Assembly: GCA_041601615.1 (NCBI GenBank)
Contig: JBFIHX010000007.1
Location: forward strand, 87,805 to 151,804
DNA: 64,000 nt
Reading direction: 5' to 3'
DNA from: Thermoplasmatota archaeon
GTDB taxonomy: Archaea > Thermoplasmatota > E2 > JACPAO01 > JAHFTW01
Below are positions 27,940 through 37,754 of this stretch, in pieces; positions within the stretch are counted from its first letter, which is position 1; every line of letters begins with the position of its first letter. Below the pieces are notes generated by a model. That model searched no databases. It worked only from the letters and a program-made list of their open reading frames with translations, and had not been told where the DNA came from. The position numbers and the translations under genes are program-made.

Positions 27940-29160
27940 GAGAAAAGAGGTGAATAAACTAGCAGGTTCCGCCGGAACCATATCGGACGCACGGGCCGCC
28001 ACCGCCACCACCACCACCACCGCCGAACAAAGTGGGGCCGCAAGCGCCTTCGCGCATGAAATATACTCCGGTTTCAAGCTGCGTCTCAAAATACCTATAA
28101 TGCCCAGCACAAACGGTTGTACCACCATCCGAATCGCTAACTATGAGAATACACGCAGCATCCCCTTTTATATCGCCATTATTAACATTTGAGTAATCAT
28201 AAAGGCCAATACAGTATCCAATATTATCAGTTTCATCATATTGATCATAGAAATCTACGAAATGGTGGCAGATGCCAAATACATCATCTCGAACCCCGAC
28301 CTTATACAAGCAATTCAAGGGATCAGAAGAGGAAGTCTCTACCGATGGTATCGTAGGAGCAAAGGACCATGGGGCAGGAACATATTGAATGTCCAAACAG
28401 ACCTCATCCGGCGAAACACATGTCACGACCGGGACGGGAATCTCATCCGGGAGAATTCCCGTTACGAACCCTAGGTCGATGGGAATACACGAATTAATGC
28501 GGAACTGATTTTCATCCATCGGCCTTCCGGTGCAGAGCCACCACTCTAAGCCCAATGGGTGGCTGTGAAGACAAATGATGGAGGAACCGCCCCCAACCGC
28601 GTAAGCACTAATGGCCAGGCACAAATTGGTTTCTGCCAAATCTCTTTCGACACAAGTTGCGACAAACCAATAGTAAATACCTTGATTGGGCCATTCAAAC
28701 TCCAAATAATTGCAGTTAATGTCTCGATCTTGGCCTTCCCAAGTGGACGCTTGGGCGGGGCCAGTTGCTGAACTTAGTACCAAGGCAGCTAGAGCCACCA
28801 TCATGATCTTTTTTAACATTGTTACACCTTTTAGTTTTCTATCTACTCATATGTTGCACACAGCACAACATCAAATCCCAATGTTCAGGCGTATAAAAGC
28901 ATTCGCGTAAATTGACATTATTTTTCATGAAGTTCGCCTTGCGAATTTCTCCATCGTTCTTTGCCGAAGGTCGCATTTCGACTGAGTTCGTAGCAGATTT
29001 GAGGATATAACCTGATCACGAATTCAACAGTTCGAATTAAGCCCGTAAATAGTCATAAGTATGTTTATACCCGTCATTGGGACATGCGCGGAGATTTATA
29101 GTCTCCCATCCTCCACTATACAGCTAAAAAACCAAGAAAAATGTATAATTCCAACAGATG
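27940..29160. other. AT-rich (~45% GC) insert within a ~67% GC context; putative horizontally acquired islet
   Basis: Seen directly, for example 'tttatatcgccattattaacatttgagtaatcataaaggccaatacagtatccaatattatcag'. It contains one gene and an AT-rich promoter region with a TTTATA element (rc of 'gtataaaag' near 28885). Confidence 0.6.
27959..28819 (-). CDS. Cys-rich secreted protein (~22 Cys) ending in a Gly10 run; no homolog recognised
   Basis: 'MLKKIMMVALAALVLSSATGPAQAS' is a signal peptide. Cys residues are scattered in CxxC-free patterns. C-terminus '...ACGPTLFGGGGGGGGGGPCVRYGSGGTC*' is encoded by a (GGT)n/(ACC)n tract. Codon usage is AT-shifted relative to neighbours. Confidence 0.6.
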   Translation of the reverse strand: MLKKIMMVALAALVLSSATGPAQASTWEGQDRDINCNYLEFEWPNQGIYYWFVATCVERDLAETNLCLAISAYAVGGGSSIICLHSHPLGLEWWLCTGRPMDENQFRINSCIPIDLGFVTGILPDEIPVPVVTCVSPDEVCLDIQYVPAPWSFAPTIPSVETSSSDPLNCLYKVGVRDDVFGICHHFVDFYDQYDETDNIGYCIGLYDYSNVNNGDIKGDAACILIVSDSDGGTTVCAGHYRYFETQLETGVYFMREGACGPTLFGGGGGGGGGGPCVRYGSGGTC

Positions 29161-29164
29161 AAAG

Positions 29165-29860
29165 CTACCACCGCGTCGTGAACCGCTTCTTCCACAGCGC
29201 CTTCAGGTTGCCAAAGCCGTCGCGCCAGGATTCAATCACCGCGTCGCCGATGCGGGCGTGCAACTCGGAGGGAATCTCGGCAGAGGCCACGTCGCGCCGC
29301 TTGAACGCCTCCAATTTGATTTCCTGACTGAAGGCCATGCCGTCCGGGAGCGATTCGAAGGGAATGCGGTCTAGGGCGCTCCGGCGGATGATCCACATGC
29401 CGCTTTGGCTGTCGCGCACTCGGACCCAGAATAGGTTACGAAGCGTTGCGCTCAGGATGAAGTTGCCAAGGCGGTGCTTGGGGCTCATGCTGCCTTCGTG
29501 GAGGGTGCCGTAGCGGTCGCAGGTCACGAAGTCAAGGTCGTTGTCCAAGAGGTGCCGCACGTACTCGGAGGTCTTGTCGAAAGGATAGGTGCCGTCCGCG
29601 TCGCCGGTTACAATCACGTCGCCCGTTGCGGCAGCGAAACCAGTCTTGTAGGCGCGGCCATAGCCTTTGCGAGGTTCCACGATCACGCGGGCTCCTCGCA
29701 CCTCGGCCTCAGATTGGGTTCGGTCCTTGCTGTTGCCATCGACGACCAGCAACTCCCAAGACCAGCCGGCTTCCTGGAATGCGTCCGTGTCCACGGCGTC
29801 GAGGGTGGGGCCGATGCCTTGTTCTTCGTTCAGAGTCGGGATGACGATGCTTACTTTCAT
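29165..29860 (-). CDS. family 2 glycosyltransferase (dolichyl-phosphate hexose synthase-like)
   Basis: 'VSIVIPTLNEE', 'VVDGNSKDRT' and 'GDADGTY' are the GT2 DxD-type motifs. Confidence 0.8.
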   Translation of the reverse strand: MKVSIVIPTLNEEQGIGPTLDAVDTDAFQEAGWSWELLVVDGNSKDRTQSEAEVRGARVIVEPRKGYGRAYKTGFAAATGDVIVTGDADGTYPFDKTSEYVRHLLDNDLDFVTCDRYGTLHEGSMSPKHRLGNFILSATLRNLFWVRVRDSQSGMWIIRRSALDRIPFESLPDGMAFSQEIKLEAFKRRDVASAEIPSELHARIGDAVIESWRDGFGNLKALWKKRFTTRW

Positions 29861-30684
29861 GCGTGTCCTCCGGGAGGCTTGCGGCCCGCCTTCGCGGAAA
29901 GGTATCCGAGAAATCCGAAACCGGCGCGCAACAGGCCCCAGACGGAGCCACCTTGCAGGCGCAGCATTTCGTGGAGTTTGTATTGGTGCCAGAGCCGGCC
30001 GTGCTTGCGCGTCAGTTGCTTGCGGCCAAATCCGTTCCAGTAGGCTTGGCGAAGGAAGCTGCTGACCGATTCGCGGGCGCGGGCATACACAATGGCGTCC
30101 TTGGCGTGGATGATGGCGGCGCCGGCGGCCACGGCGCGGTAGTTGAGGTCGATGTCCTCGGCAGTAACGAAGCGGGCGTCGAAGCGCCCAAGTTCCTCAA
30201 ACAGCGCGCGTGGGTAGGCCAAGTTGCAACTGGGCCAAGTGGTGTCCTGTCCTTTGTGCGGAAGTTCGACGCGGTGCAGGCGGGTAAACGCCCAGAAGCC
30301 GATTACGTCGGTGCGGCCGGCTACGACGCGGCGCGGGTCGCTTTGCCAAGCATCCCACAGTCGTTGGGTCCAGTTCGCATTGGCAATGCAGTCGCCATCG
30401 ATGAATGCAAGTAGGTCGCCCGTGGCGGCTGCGGCTCCGATGTTGCGCCCTTCGCCGCGGCTGCATGGTTGTTGGATGATGCGCAGCGGCAGGAGTCCTT
30501 CGAAGCTGCGGGCACGTTCCACCGTGTTGTCCGTGCTCATGGCGTCCACGAGGATGACCTCGCGCAGATGCGCCTGGCGCATCAGGCTGTCCAATAGGTG
30601 CCGGATGTGGCGGGATTCGTTGCGAACGGTGACGACCACGCTGACGCCGCCCGACCCTTCGTGCGTCTGGGTCGTTTCGCTCAC
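29857..30684 (-). CDS. family 2 glycosyltransferase
   Basis: 'VSVVVTVRNESRHI', 'VILVDAMSTDNT' and 'FIDGDC' are GT2 motifs. There are 4-nt overlaps on both sides. Confidence 0.8.
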   Translation of the reverse strand: MSETTQTHEGSGGVSVVVTVRNESRHIRHLLDSLMRQAHLREVILVDAMSTDNTVERARSFEGLLPLRIIQQPCSRGEGRNIGAAAATGDLLAFIDGDCIANANWTQRLWDAWQSDPRRVVAGRTDVIGFWAFTRLHRVELPHKGQDTTWPSCNLAYPRALFEELGRFDARFVTAEDIDLNYRAVAAGAAIIHAKDAIVYARARESVSSFLRQAYWNGFGRKQLTRKHGRLWHQYKLHEMLRLQGGSVWGLLRAGFGFLGYLSAKAGRKPPGGHA

Positions 30685-32282
30685 GACTCCTTGACCTCCA
30701 GGTGCTTCTTGGGGCTTTGGCCCGATAGCATGCGCTTGACATCGGCCCAGTCGCCCCGGTGCAGTTCACCAAGGAGCGCCAGCAGCGCGCCGAAAATCAC
30801 GACGGTCATGACGCCATACAGGAGCAAATCCCAAATGCGTAGAATGGGCGGAAGCACGCGCCCCAGCGCCAGGAGCGTTGCGAGTGTCACGCCGGCGGCC
30901 AGAACGTGGATTTGGAGGTGGCGGCTGAAGAACGGGTGTTCGGTCCATTCGTACGCCTTGCCTCGATAAGCGGCAAACAAAACCACACCGGCGGCCAAGG
31001 TTGCGATGCTTGCGCCGACACCACCGAGGCCCCCGAGGCGCACTCCGAACAAGGACTCGGGGATGAGAACGACGTTGAGCACGAGGTTGACGCCGAGTGC
31101 CCAGAGCGCCGCGATGCCTGCAAATTTTTGCTCGCCAAAACCGAAGGCCTTGGTGCGCAGCGGAATCGTCATGGAGATCAGGAGGCTGTTGCCGAGCAGC
31201 AGAACCATCATGGGCGCTCCGGCCAGGAACGCATCGCTGAGCACAATGTGGATCGTGGGTCGTGTCGCGGTCCAGCCCACGAGCAGGACGGGCCAGACGA
31301 GAATGCTGATCCAGCGCTCGGCCTGCAAGACGGTGCGCGCCACGTCCTCGATGCGGCCTTCTTTGTGCAGGCGGCTAATGACGGGAAGCAGCGACACACG
31401 CACGCCGTTGGCAAGAATCAAGACGAATTCGCTGAGCTTGGTGGCTCCCGCGTAGTGGCCCACGTCGGCGTTGGTGCTCCAGAATCCAATCATCACTTGG
31501 TCCATGCGGCTCATGAGCACGGCGGCGGTGCTTACGACCATGATGGGCACCGTGGCATGCATGTAGTCACGGGCCACGTCCATTCGAGGCGCTCCAAAGG
31601 GAACACGGGTGCGCCACAGCAACAACAAACTAAGCACAAGCGCCACTATTTCTCCCGCAAGAAATGCCGCCATGAGCCAGAGCAATCCTTGCCCAAAGCC
31701 CACGGGCCCCGTGGCGCCAAACAAATCAGCGACGTACCGGCTGAGGCCGGGAACCGGACTCCAGCGGCCATGGCTTTCGGCGTAGGCGACCGAGGCAAGC
31801 ACCGTCAGCACGACTGTGACAAGGGTATTGGAAAATAGGGTCCATTCGCGGTACCGGATGCGCTCCAGTCCTCCAAAGGTGTTGACAGCTACATCCTTGA
31901 GACTCTTGGCCACCACCACCGCGACGCCCAGCCACAATGCTTGCACAGTCACGTCTTGCACGCCGCGACCCAGCACGACGAACCAAAGCCAACCAAAACC
32001 CACGGCTAGCAACACAAAGCCGGCAGTGAGCAGCAATTTGAGCGCAAGATAGGTCCCCATGGAGGCGGCCACGTCGTCGCCTCGGGCAATCCGCCGCGTA
32101 TGTGTAATGGGAAATCCAAGCCGGCACACAAGGCCGAAGAGGTACGCGATGGCGAGCACGTACGCCTGCGCGCCCACCAATTCGTCGCCCATGAATCGGG
32201 CCATCATGAACAGTCCGACGTAACCGAGGGCGGCGCCAAGGAGGCTGTTTGCGACCACCAGCACCGACCGACGGGCAAACAT
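30681..32282 (-). CDS. polysaccharide/oligosaccharide flippase (Wzx-like, MOP superfamily)
   Basis: It has 12 or more TM helices and the N-terminus 'SVLVVANSLLGAALGYVGLFMMARFMG' typical of Wzx/RfbX. At 533 aa the size is right. Confidence 0.75.
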   Translation of the reverse strand: MFARRSVLVVANSLLGAALGYVGLFMMARFMGDELVGAQAYVLAIAYLFGLVCRLGFPITHTRRIARGDDVAASMGTYLALKLLLTAGFVLLAVGFGWLWFVVLGRGVQDVTVQALWLGVAVVVAKSLKDVAVNTFGGLERIRYREWTLFSNTLVTVVLTVLASVAYAESHGRWSPVPGLSRYVADLFGATGPVGFGQGLLWLMAAFLAGEIVALVLSLLLLWRTRVPFGAPRMDVARDYMHATVPIMVVSTAAVLMSRMDQVMIGFWSTNADVGHYAGATKLSEFVLILANGVRVSLLPVISRLHKEGRIEDVARTVLQAERWISILVWPVLLVGWTATRPTIHIVLSDAFLAGAPMMVLLLGNSLLISMTIPLRTKAFGFGEQKFAGIAALWALGVNLVLNVVLIPESLFGVRLGGLGGVGASIATLAAGVVLFAAYRGKAYEWTEHPFFSRHLQIHVLAAGVTLATLLALGRVLPPILRIWDLLLYGVMTVVIFGALLALLGELHRGDWADVKRMLSGQSPKKHLEVKES

Positions 32283-32284
32283 GG

Positions 32285-32962
32285 TTACTCAAAGAGCGCG
32301 CGGGCTTGCTCCAGATCCTCGGGAAAATCAATCTCCATGGCTCGAAGTTCCCCCACGGGAACGCAGCGCACGGGCTTGGCGGTGAATGGAAGCATGTGCT
32401 CGATGGCCCGCTCGAAGTACGCCTGCATTTCCAGGTACTCCAAAGCTCGGCGGTACAGGGCTCGATCGTTGGCCGCGATGAAGTTGATGCCCACCGCTTC
32501 GCCCTCGCCGTGCACTTGCTTCGAGAGCGCTTGCAAGCGACCCTCGCGAATGCGGTACTTGATCTCCTCGTCGCCACACACACGCGGATCCACCGCGAGG
32601 CTCGTGGTCTCAGGGTCCGAGGTGACCAGGGGTACAATTTCGTCGTCGAACACCACGTCGCCATTCAAGCAAAGAACGCCGCCTTCTGGCACTGCCGAGA
32701 TTCCGACGAGTGTCGATTTGCCAGTGTTCGTGTCCATGTACATCGGGTTGTCCACGAACCGCACGCCGGGCCTGGCCGCGACCGCCCGCACTTCGTCTCC
32801 CTTGAATCCGGTGACGATCCACACATCCGTGACGCCGTGCGCGGCCAAATTGTCCAATTGGTGCTCGATGATGGTTTTGCCGGCGATTTTGATGAGGGCT
32901 TTGGGAACGTCATGTCCAAGGCGGCTGCCAAAGCCGGCGGCAAGGATCAGTGCATGCACCAT
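32285..32962 (-). CDS. sugar-phosphate nucleotidyltransferase (NTP_transferase fold)
   Basis: 'ALILAAGFGSRLG...PKALI' is the G-x-G-x-R-L nucleotidyltransferase signature. At 225 aa the size is right. Confidence 0.7.
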   Translation of the reverse strand: MVHALILAAGFGSRLGHDVPKALIKIAGKTIIEHQLDNLAAHGVTDVWIVTGFKGDEVRAVAARPGVRFVDNPMYMDTNTGKSTLVGISAVPEGGVLCLNGDVVFDDEIVPLVTSDPETTSLAVDPRVCGDEEIKYRIREGRLQALSKQVHGEGEAVGINFIAANDRALYRRALEYLEMQAYFERAIEHMLPFTAKPVRCVPVGELRAMEIDFPEDLEQARALFE

Positions 32963-33044
32963 ATCCAGTTGGACCCTGTCGTCGCCTTTAAATGACGTGC
33001 CTGAGTCGCGCGCCTAGCGCCCCTCCAGGAGGGCCGCCATGCCT

Positions 33045-33117
33045 GCCTCGGTGGCTTAGTTGGTAGAGCAGTTGATTCGTAATCAACAGGTCGGGGGTTC
33101 AAATCCCCCCCGGGGCT
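33045..33117 (+). tRNA. tRNA-Thr (anticodon CGU)
   Basis: Manual fold: acceptor GCCTCGG/CCGGGGC with one G-U, and T-arm GGGGG-TTCAAAT-CCCCC. The anticodon stem is GTTGA/TCAAC with loop TTCGTAA, giving CGT. Discriminator is T and no CCA is encoded. Confidence 0.85.
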
Positions 33118-33272
33118 TTTTTTGCAAAACGGGTTGCCAAGTGGCGGCTTCGTTTGGGCGGTTTCGCCTAGGGATGGGCAGTATCTTTGCGCATCGCTCT
33201 GCCAAGGCCCCCCCTGCAACCGGCGCCGGACTTGCATGTCAAGCGCCGATTGCAGGAGGCGAGCGGCTTTGC

Positions 33273-34649
33273 TTAGTCCCTGATTCCGTCTTCGCATACC
33301 ATCGCCACCGCCTCTCCCTCGGGCAGGTGCGGCGAGTCGATGAGGCGGCAGATGCGCTTGCCACCTTTGGACTTGCGCAAGTAGATGCGGAAGGTGCTGG
33401 TGTGGCCGACGATGTGGCCACCAATGGCGTGCGTCGGGTCGCCAAAGAATGCATCCGGCTTGGAGCTTACTTGGTTGGTGACGATGACGGCGGCATTGTT
33501 GAGGCCCGCGAGTTTCTGCAGGTCGTGCATGTGGCGGTTGAGTTTCTGTTGGCGGTCGGCGAGCATGCCACGACCGATGAATTCGGCGCGGAAGTGGGCC
33601 GTGAGGCTGTCCACGACGATGACGCGGATTGGGAATTGCTTGCAGATTTCTTGGGCGCGTTCGGCCAAGAGCATCTGGTGGTTGCTGTTGAAGGCGCGAG
33701 CAACGTGGATGCGGCCGAGCGCTTCGTGCGGGTCCATGCCGTTGGCGGTTGCCATTTGGATGATGCGCTCAGGCCGGAAGGTGTTCTCGGTGTCGATGAA
33801 CAAGGCGTGGCCGTTCAGGCCGCCGTCTTCTTCGCTGCGCTGGACGTTGACACAGAGCTGGTGGGCAAACTGGGTCTTGCACGATCCGAATTCTCCAAAG
33901 AACTCCGTGATGCACTGGGTCTCGACGCCGCCACCCATCAGTTCGTCAAAGGACTTGGAACCTGTGTGGATTTTGTTGACCGTGCTTCGTCGTTCAAGCA
34001 CCGTGATGCCGGATTCGAAGCCACCCACGTCTGCGAGTTTGCGGGCGGCATTGATGATTTTCTGGGCGACTCCTTCGCCCACGTCGCACTTGTCGGCCAA
34101 TTCCTTGGGGCTCGCGACGGCGATGCTCATGAGATCCTCGAAGCCGGCTTCCTTGAGCTTGTCTGCGGTGGCGGGGCCGACTCCGGGTAGGTCGTCGACG
34201 GTCATGCTGATGACTGCTTCTTGGGCAGCTTCAGGCACTTGGGCGTCGACGGGGTGTTCGGCGACGGAGGGCAGGCCGAGGATGTTTCGAGCGTCGTCGA
34301 TGGTTTTGCGTGCGACGGCGCGGCTTAGGCCGGCGAATTCCTTGATGTCCTCGGGGCTTGCCTTGGCGATGGATTCGACGGTTTCGAAGCCGCCACCGCG
34401 GAGTTTGTCGGCCTTCTGGGTGTTCATGGTGGGCAGGTCTTCGACGGCAATGCCGCCGTGGGCTTCCATGAGGCTCTTGGCATTGGCAATGATGGTGGCG
34501 GCGGTGGATGCAGGGAAACCGGTCTTGGCTGCAAGGTCTTCGGGAGTGGTCTCCACAATGAGGGTGACGCTTCCGAGGCCGGCTTCTGCGAGTTTTTCGG
34601 CTTTGGTGGCGCCGACGCCTGCAATCTGGGTGAGCGGCATCTTAGACAT
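33273..34649 (-). CDS. radA: DNA repair and recombination protein RadA with N-terminal extension carrying two extra HhH modules
   Basis: Walker A 'GEFGSCKTQ' and Walker B 'VIVVDSL' form the RecA-family core. The canonical '[20 protein letters not shown]...IAVASPKEL' HhH is preceded by '[20 protein letters not shown]' and '[27 protein letters not shown]'. The start is refined to MSKMP (34649); the upstream track ORF extension is non-coding-like. Confidence 0.9.
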   Translation of the reverse strand: MSKMPLTQIAGVGATKAEKLAEAGLGSVTLIVETTPEDLAAKTGFPASTAATIIANAKSLMEAHGGIAVEDLPTMNTQKADKLRGGGFETVESIAKASPEDIKEFAGLSRAVARKTIDDARNILGLPSVAEHPVDAQVPEAAQEAVISMTVDDLPGVGPATADKLKEAGFEDLMSIAVASPKELADKCDVGEGVAQKIINAARKLADVGGFESGITVLERRSTVNKIHTGSKSFDELMGGGVETQCITEFFGEFGSCKTQFAHQLCVNVQRSEEDGGLNGHALFIDTENTFRPERIIQMATANGMDPHEALGRIHVARAFNSNHQMLLAERAQEICKQFPIRVIVVDSLTAHFRAEFIGRGMLADRQQKLNRHMHDLQKLAGLNNAAVIVTNQVSSKPDAFFGDPTHAIGGHIVGHTSTFRIYLRKSKGGKRICRLIDSPHLPEGEAVAMVCEDGIRD

Positions 34650-35036
34650 GGGGTTCAACCCGACCAGTGTGCTGCCCATCATCAATGCAAGGGAGGGACG
34701 AGTGAATGTACTCGGGGACGGGAACAAGACGCGGCGCGAGGAGGGGGCGGATGGGGAGCAGAGGTGGGAACGGAGGAGGGGGCGGAGGAGGGAGCGGAGG
34801 GAGGAGCGGATAGGTGCACAACTGCAACGACGGTACCCGCGCACCGCGAGAAGGAAAGAAACTCGAACGGGCATCCGGTGGTTCTGGACCTCGGCTCTTG
34901 GTGGACTCGCCCCCGCCCGTCCAATCGCCCTGTCCCCCGGCCCGATGTGCAAAATAGTCCCGGGCTCAAGAATGCCTAGCCGCCGGGTGCTGCCGGTGCG
35001 CACCATCGAGCCTTAGCTTCGGCTTCGGTCCCGCAG

Positions 35037-35816
35037 GTGCTCCGTTTCGTGGCGCAACAATTTCAGGAGGGACAAGGGATGGATCGTGCATTCACGCACT
35101 TGATGCAAGAGCTGGCAGAACTTCGCCTGCGTCGACCGGAAGGCTCGACCTGCGACGAACACAAGGACGCAGTGGCCCAACGCGTGGACATGAACTGCAC
35201 CGCCGCCGGATTCGCACCGCCGCCCTGCGCCGTGCACATCCGCTTCGAGCAAGCATCCGCGGGGTGGAGACTCATCATTCTCACACCACCCGGCCGGCCG
35301 ATCGACGTGGTTCGATGGTTGAAACCATACAACCCAAGCCGCATCGAAATCGAACCCGGCCTCGGCCCAAAATCGCTTACCGTCCACTTCGAGCACCTAC
35401 CACTGCCCTGGCAAGGATTTCTGGCTACCGTCGCCGTGCATTGCATCGAAATGACTCCCGAAGGCACAGCCTCCTTTTTCACAGACTGCGCAGGCCATCG
35501 CCTGCAATCTGTTGTCCAAAATGGCACCGGCAAACCCGTCGTCCGCGTTCGAGAATCCCTCACCGGACCCGCCAGCACCACCTTAACGCGCCGGCAAATG
35601 GAAATTCTCGCGCTGGCCGTCGCCCTTGGATACTACGAAGTTCCCCGCCGCTTGAACTTGCGCGACCTTGCCGAACGCGTGGAATTGAGTCCCGCCGCGA
35701 CTTCCGAGTTGCTGCGCCGAGGCGAGCGATTGATCATCCTGAGCTATTTTGACGCCCACGCCGCAACGGTGTGCGCCGTTGCCGGCATGAGCCACGAAAC
35801 CGCCGAACTCCAATAG
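35037..35816 (+). CDS. HTH_10 (bacterio-opsin-activator-type) transcriptional regulator
   Basis: C-terminal 'LTRRQMEILALAVALGYYEVPRRLNLRDLAERVELSPAATSELLRRGERLII' is the HTH_10/Bat DNA-binding domain. The start may be M15 (35079). Confidence 0.65.
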   Translation: MLRFVAQQFQEGQGMDRAFTHLMQELAELRLRRPEGSTCDEHKDAVAQRVDMNCTAAGFAPPPCAVHIRFEQASAGWRLIILTPPGRPIDVVRWLKPYNPSRIEIEPGLGPKSLTVHFEHLPLPWQGFLATVAVHCIEMTPEGTASFFTDCAGHRLQSVVQNGTGKPVVRVRESLTGPASTTLTRRQMEILALAVALGYYEVPRRLNLRDLAERVELSPAATSELLRRGERLIILSYFDAHAATVCAVAGMSHETAELQ

Positions 35817-35940
35817 GGAGCCACGATTCTTCGAACACGGACCTAGAGCCACGCGTTGCCCCCGGCGCCTGCAAGTGCCCCCCCTCCGCGTCGTTTGCCG
35901 ATTTTGGTCCCCCAAGACGTCCTCAAACCCGTGTGCTACC

Positions 35941-36045
35941 CCCGCCCGGCCCCCGCAATCGTTCCTGCAATCGTTCCTGCATACGTTCCCGCAAACATCC
36001 CCTCCATCGTCCCCGCGAATACCCCTGCAATCGACCCTGACTGAT
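35941..36045. repeat. degenerate 12-bp tandem array (~8 units, consensus CC[CT]GCAATCGTT) in a CA-rich spacer
   Basis: 'cccgcaatcgttc ctgcaatcgttc ctgcatacgttc ccgcaaacatcc cctccatcgtcc ccgcgaataccc ctgcaatcgacc' is seen directly. It lies between the HTH_10 regulator gene and the secreted-protein gene. Confidence 0.6.
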
Positions 36046-36339
36046 CCCCCGCTCAGCCTTGGCGCTGGCCCCGCTTGTGTCCCCGATTGTGTCCCCGCTC
36101 CCATCCAGGCAGAGGCCCGCACCAGAGCCCACACGCCAGGACACATACACATCTCCCCATCGAACCAATCCATCCATTTGTCGAAGCTTTCGAGCATCAA
36201 TTTTCAAGCAATTTTCGGGCACCGGACCCAAACGCCCAAGGGGCCCCACACACCCACAGGGGACTCCGACAGCCGCACATGTACGGGTCGTAGAATGATT
36301 ATGTCGAACGCCCACCCAATGCACCTTGAGGTGGTCCAC

Positions 36340-37092
36340 ATGACCCAAAAAACAAGCTCCCACGCTCCGGCCCCACCCCGAACACCGGCCCACGGCCACG
36401 GCACACGCACCACGCGGACCGCCGCGCTCCTCGTCTTTGCCGCCATCGCCTTTGCACCCACCATTCCCGCCCAACCAGACACCTTGGACCCAACCTGCTT
36501 CGAACCAGGCATGAACGTTCAATGCAACGAATTTGGCTCCATCATGATGGAAAACCAACGCGACATCCGAGGCGAACCCATCCTCATCAACGTCACCGCC
36601 ATCCTGCACACCGTCCACCTGGACGCCGACGCACGCTGGATCATGTTCAGCGTCCGCCACAGCCCCGAAGACGGCAGCAGCCCCATCTCCATCGCACCCC
36701 TCAGCTTCACCAGCCCCTTCGGCGACATCATCACCTCCAGCGTCGACCAAGCAACACCCAGCGAAGTCAATTTCTGGGTCCATGTCATCGACGTACCCCT
36801 CGACACCCCGACAACCATTGAAGTCCTCGTCGGTGCAAGCGAACGCGGCGCCTTCCGCTTAGAAGCCCTGGTCATGGCCTTCGACCGAGCCTACGAGCCC
36901 ATCAAAGGCGCCGACGGAACGGACCAATCCTTGTTCTCGTTCACCCTCCTGGGTGTCAACGGCGAGACCAAGCGGACCGCCACCGCAAGCACCGGCGAGG
37001 ACAAGTTCCGCGCCCCCGGCCCCGGAGCCGCCCTCACCTTCGGCGCCCTCCTTGCCATCGCCGCACTCGTCACACGGAGGCGCCTCGGATGA
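36340..37092 (+). CDS. secreted protein with PGF-CTERM-like tail
   Basis: Start at ATG 36340 (alternative 36295). The signal region is '...TRTAALLVFAAIAFAPTIPAQ'. C-terminus '...FRAPGPGAALTFGALLAIAALVTRRRLG*'. The upstream 465 nt of the track ORF is low-complexity and treated as non-coding. Confidence 0.6.
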   Translation: MTQKTSSHAPAPPRTPAHGHGTRTTRTAALLVFAAIAFAPTIPAQPDTLDPTCFEPGMNVQCNEFGSIMMENQRDIRGEPILINVTAILHTVHLDADARWIMFSVRHSPEDGSSPISIAPLSFTSPFGDIITSSVDQATPSEVNFWVHVIDVPLDTPTTIEVLVGASERGAFRLEALVMAFDRAYEPIKGADGTDQSLFSFTLLGVNGETKRTATASTGEDKFRAPGPGAALTFGALLAIAALVTRRRLG

Positions 37093-37754
37093 GCCCCCCC
37101 GACCGCCGCACCAGTCCCGTAGGCAACCAATTGCTCGAAATCGTGCGCACCCAACCCGGCATCCACTTCCGAGCCCTCGAACGCGCCGCCGAACTACACT
37201 CCGCCGGCCAACTGCGCCACCACGTCGACCGCCTCCTCCACAAAGGAGCCCTCATCGAAGTGCCCGACGGCGGCTACACGCGCTACTTCGTCGCCAACGA
37301 ACACGACCGCCGCCTACGCCCACGCCTAGCACGATTCGCCCGCCCCATCCCCCGCCGCATCGGCATCCTCCTGCTCGAACAAAGCCTCAACCGCACCGAA
37401 CTACGCCACCGCCTACGCTGCGCCGACTCCACCCTCGGATACTACCTCAAACGCATGGAAAAAGAGGGAGACATCATCAAGTGCAAAGGCCGAACCTGCT
37501 GCCACTACCGACTCGCCGACGCCGACATTCTCCGCGAGGTGTTCAAAGTGCCCCGCCCCGTCCTCGGCGCCCTCGAACCCGCCACCGGGCCCCGCGCAAC
37601 CCAAACACCTCCCAGGAAATCCGACGCGCAACCCACGCCAACCACCCCGACCACCCCAAACCCACCACCCACACAACCGCCCCGAGGGACCCCCTGGAAC
37701 CGCCCCGCCCCAACCCGCCGCAGCGTGACCAACCAGGAGCTGGTCAGCCGTTGA
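37089..37754 (+). CDS. tandem winged-helix DNA-binding protein with Pro/Thr-rich tail
   Basis: Two wHTH units are present: 'GIHFRALERAAELHSAGQLRHHVDRLLHKGALIEV' and 'LNRTELRHRLRCADSTLGYYLKRMEKEGDIIKCK'. An ATGA overlap with the upstream gene gives translational coupling. Confidence 0.55.
   Translation: MSPPDRRTSPVGNQLLEIVRTQPGIHFRALERAAELHSAGQLRHHVDRLLHKGALIEVPDGGYTRYFVANEHDRRLRPRLARFARPIPRRIGILLLEQSLNRTELRHRLRCADSTLGYYLKRMEKEGDIIKCKGRTCCHYRLADADILREVFKVPRPVLGALEPATGPRATQTPPRKSDAQPTPTTPTTPNPPPTQPPRGTPWNRPAPTRRSVTNQELVSR

Noticed and set aside
33060-35016. 376-aa and 543-aa plus-strand ORFs across the radA locus
   Set aside because: Antisense to a canonical RadA with Walker motifs. No motifs of their own.
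35856-36044. 62-aa ORF reading the 12-bp tandem array as (PAIV)n
   Set aside because: The periodic DNA repeat trivially yields a repetitive ORF. There is no start or signal context, so it is treated as a non-coding repeat.
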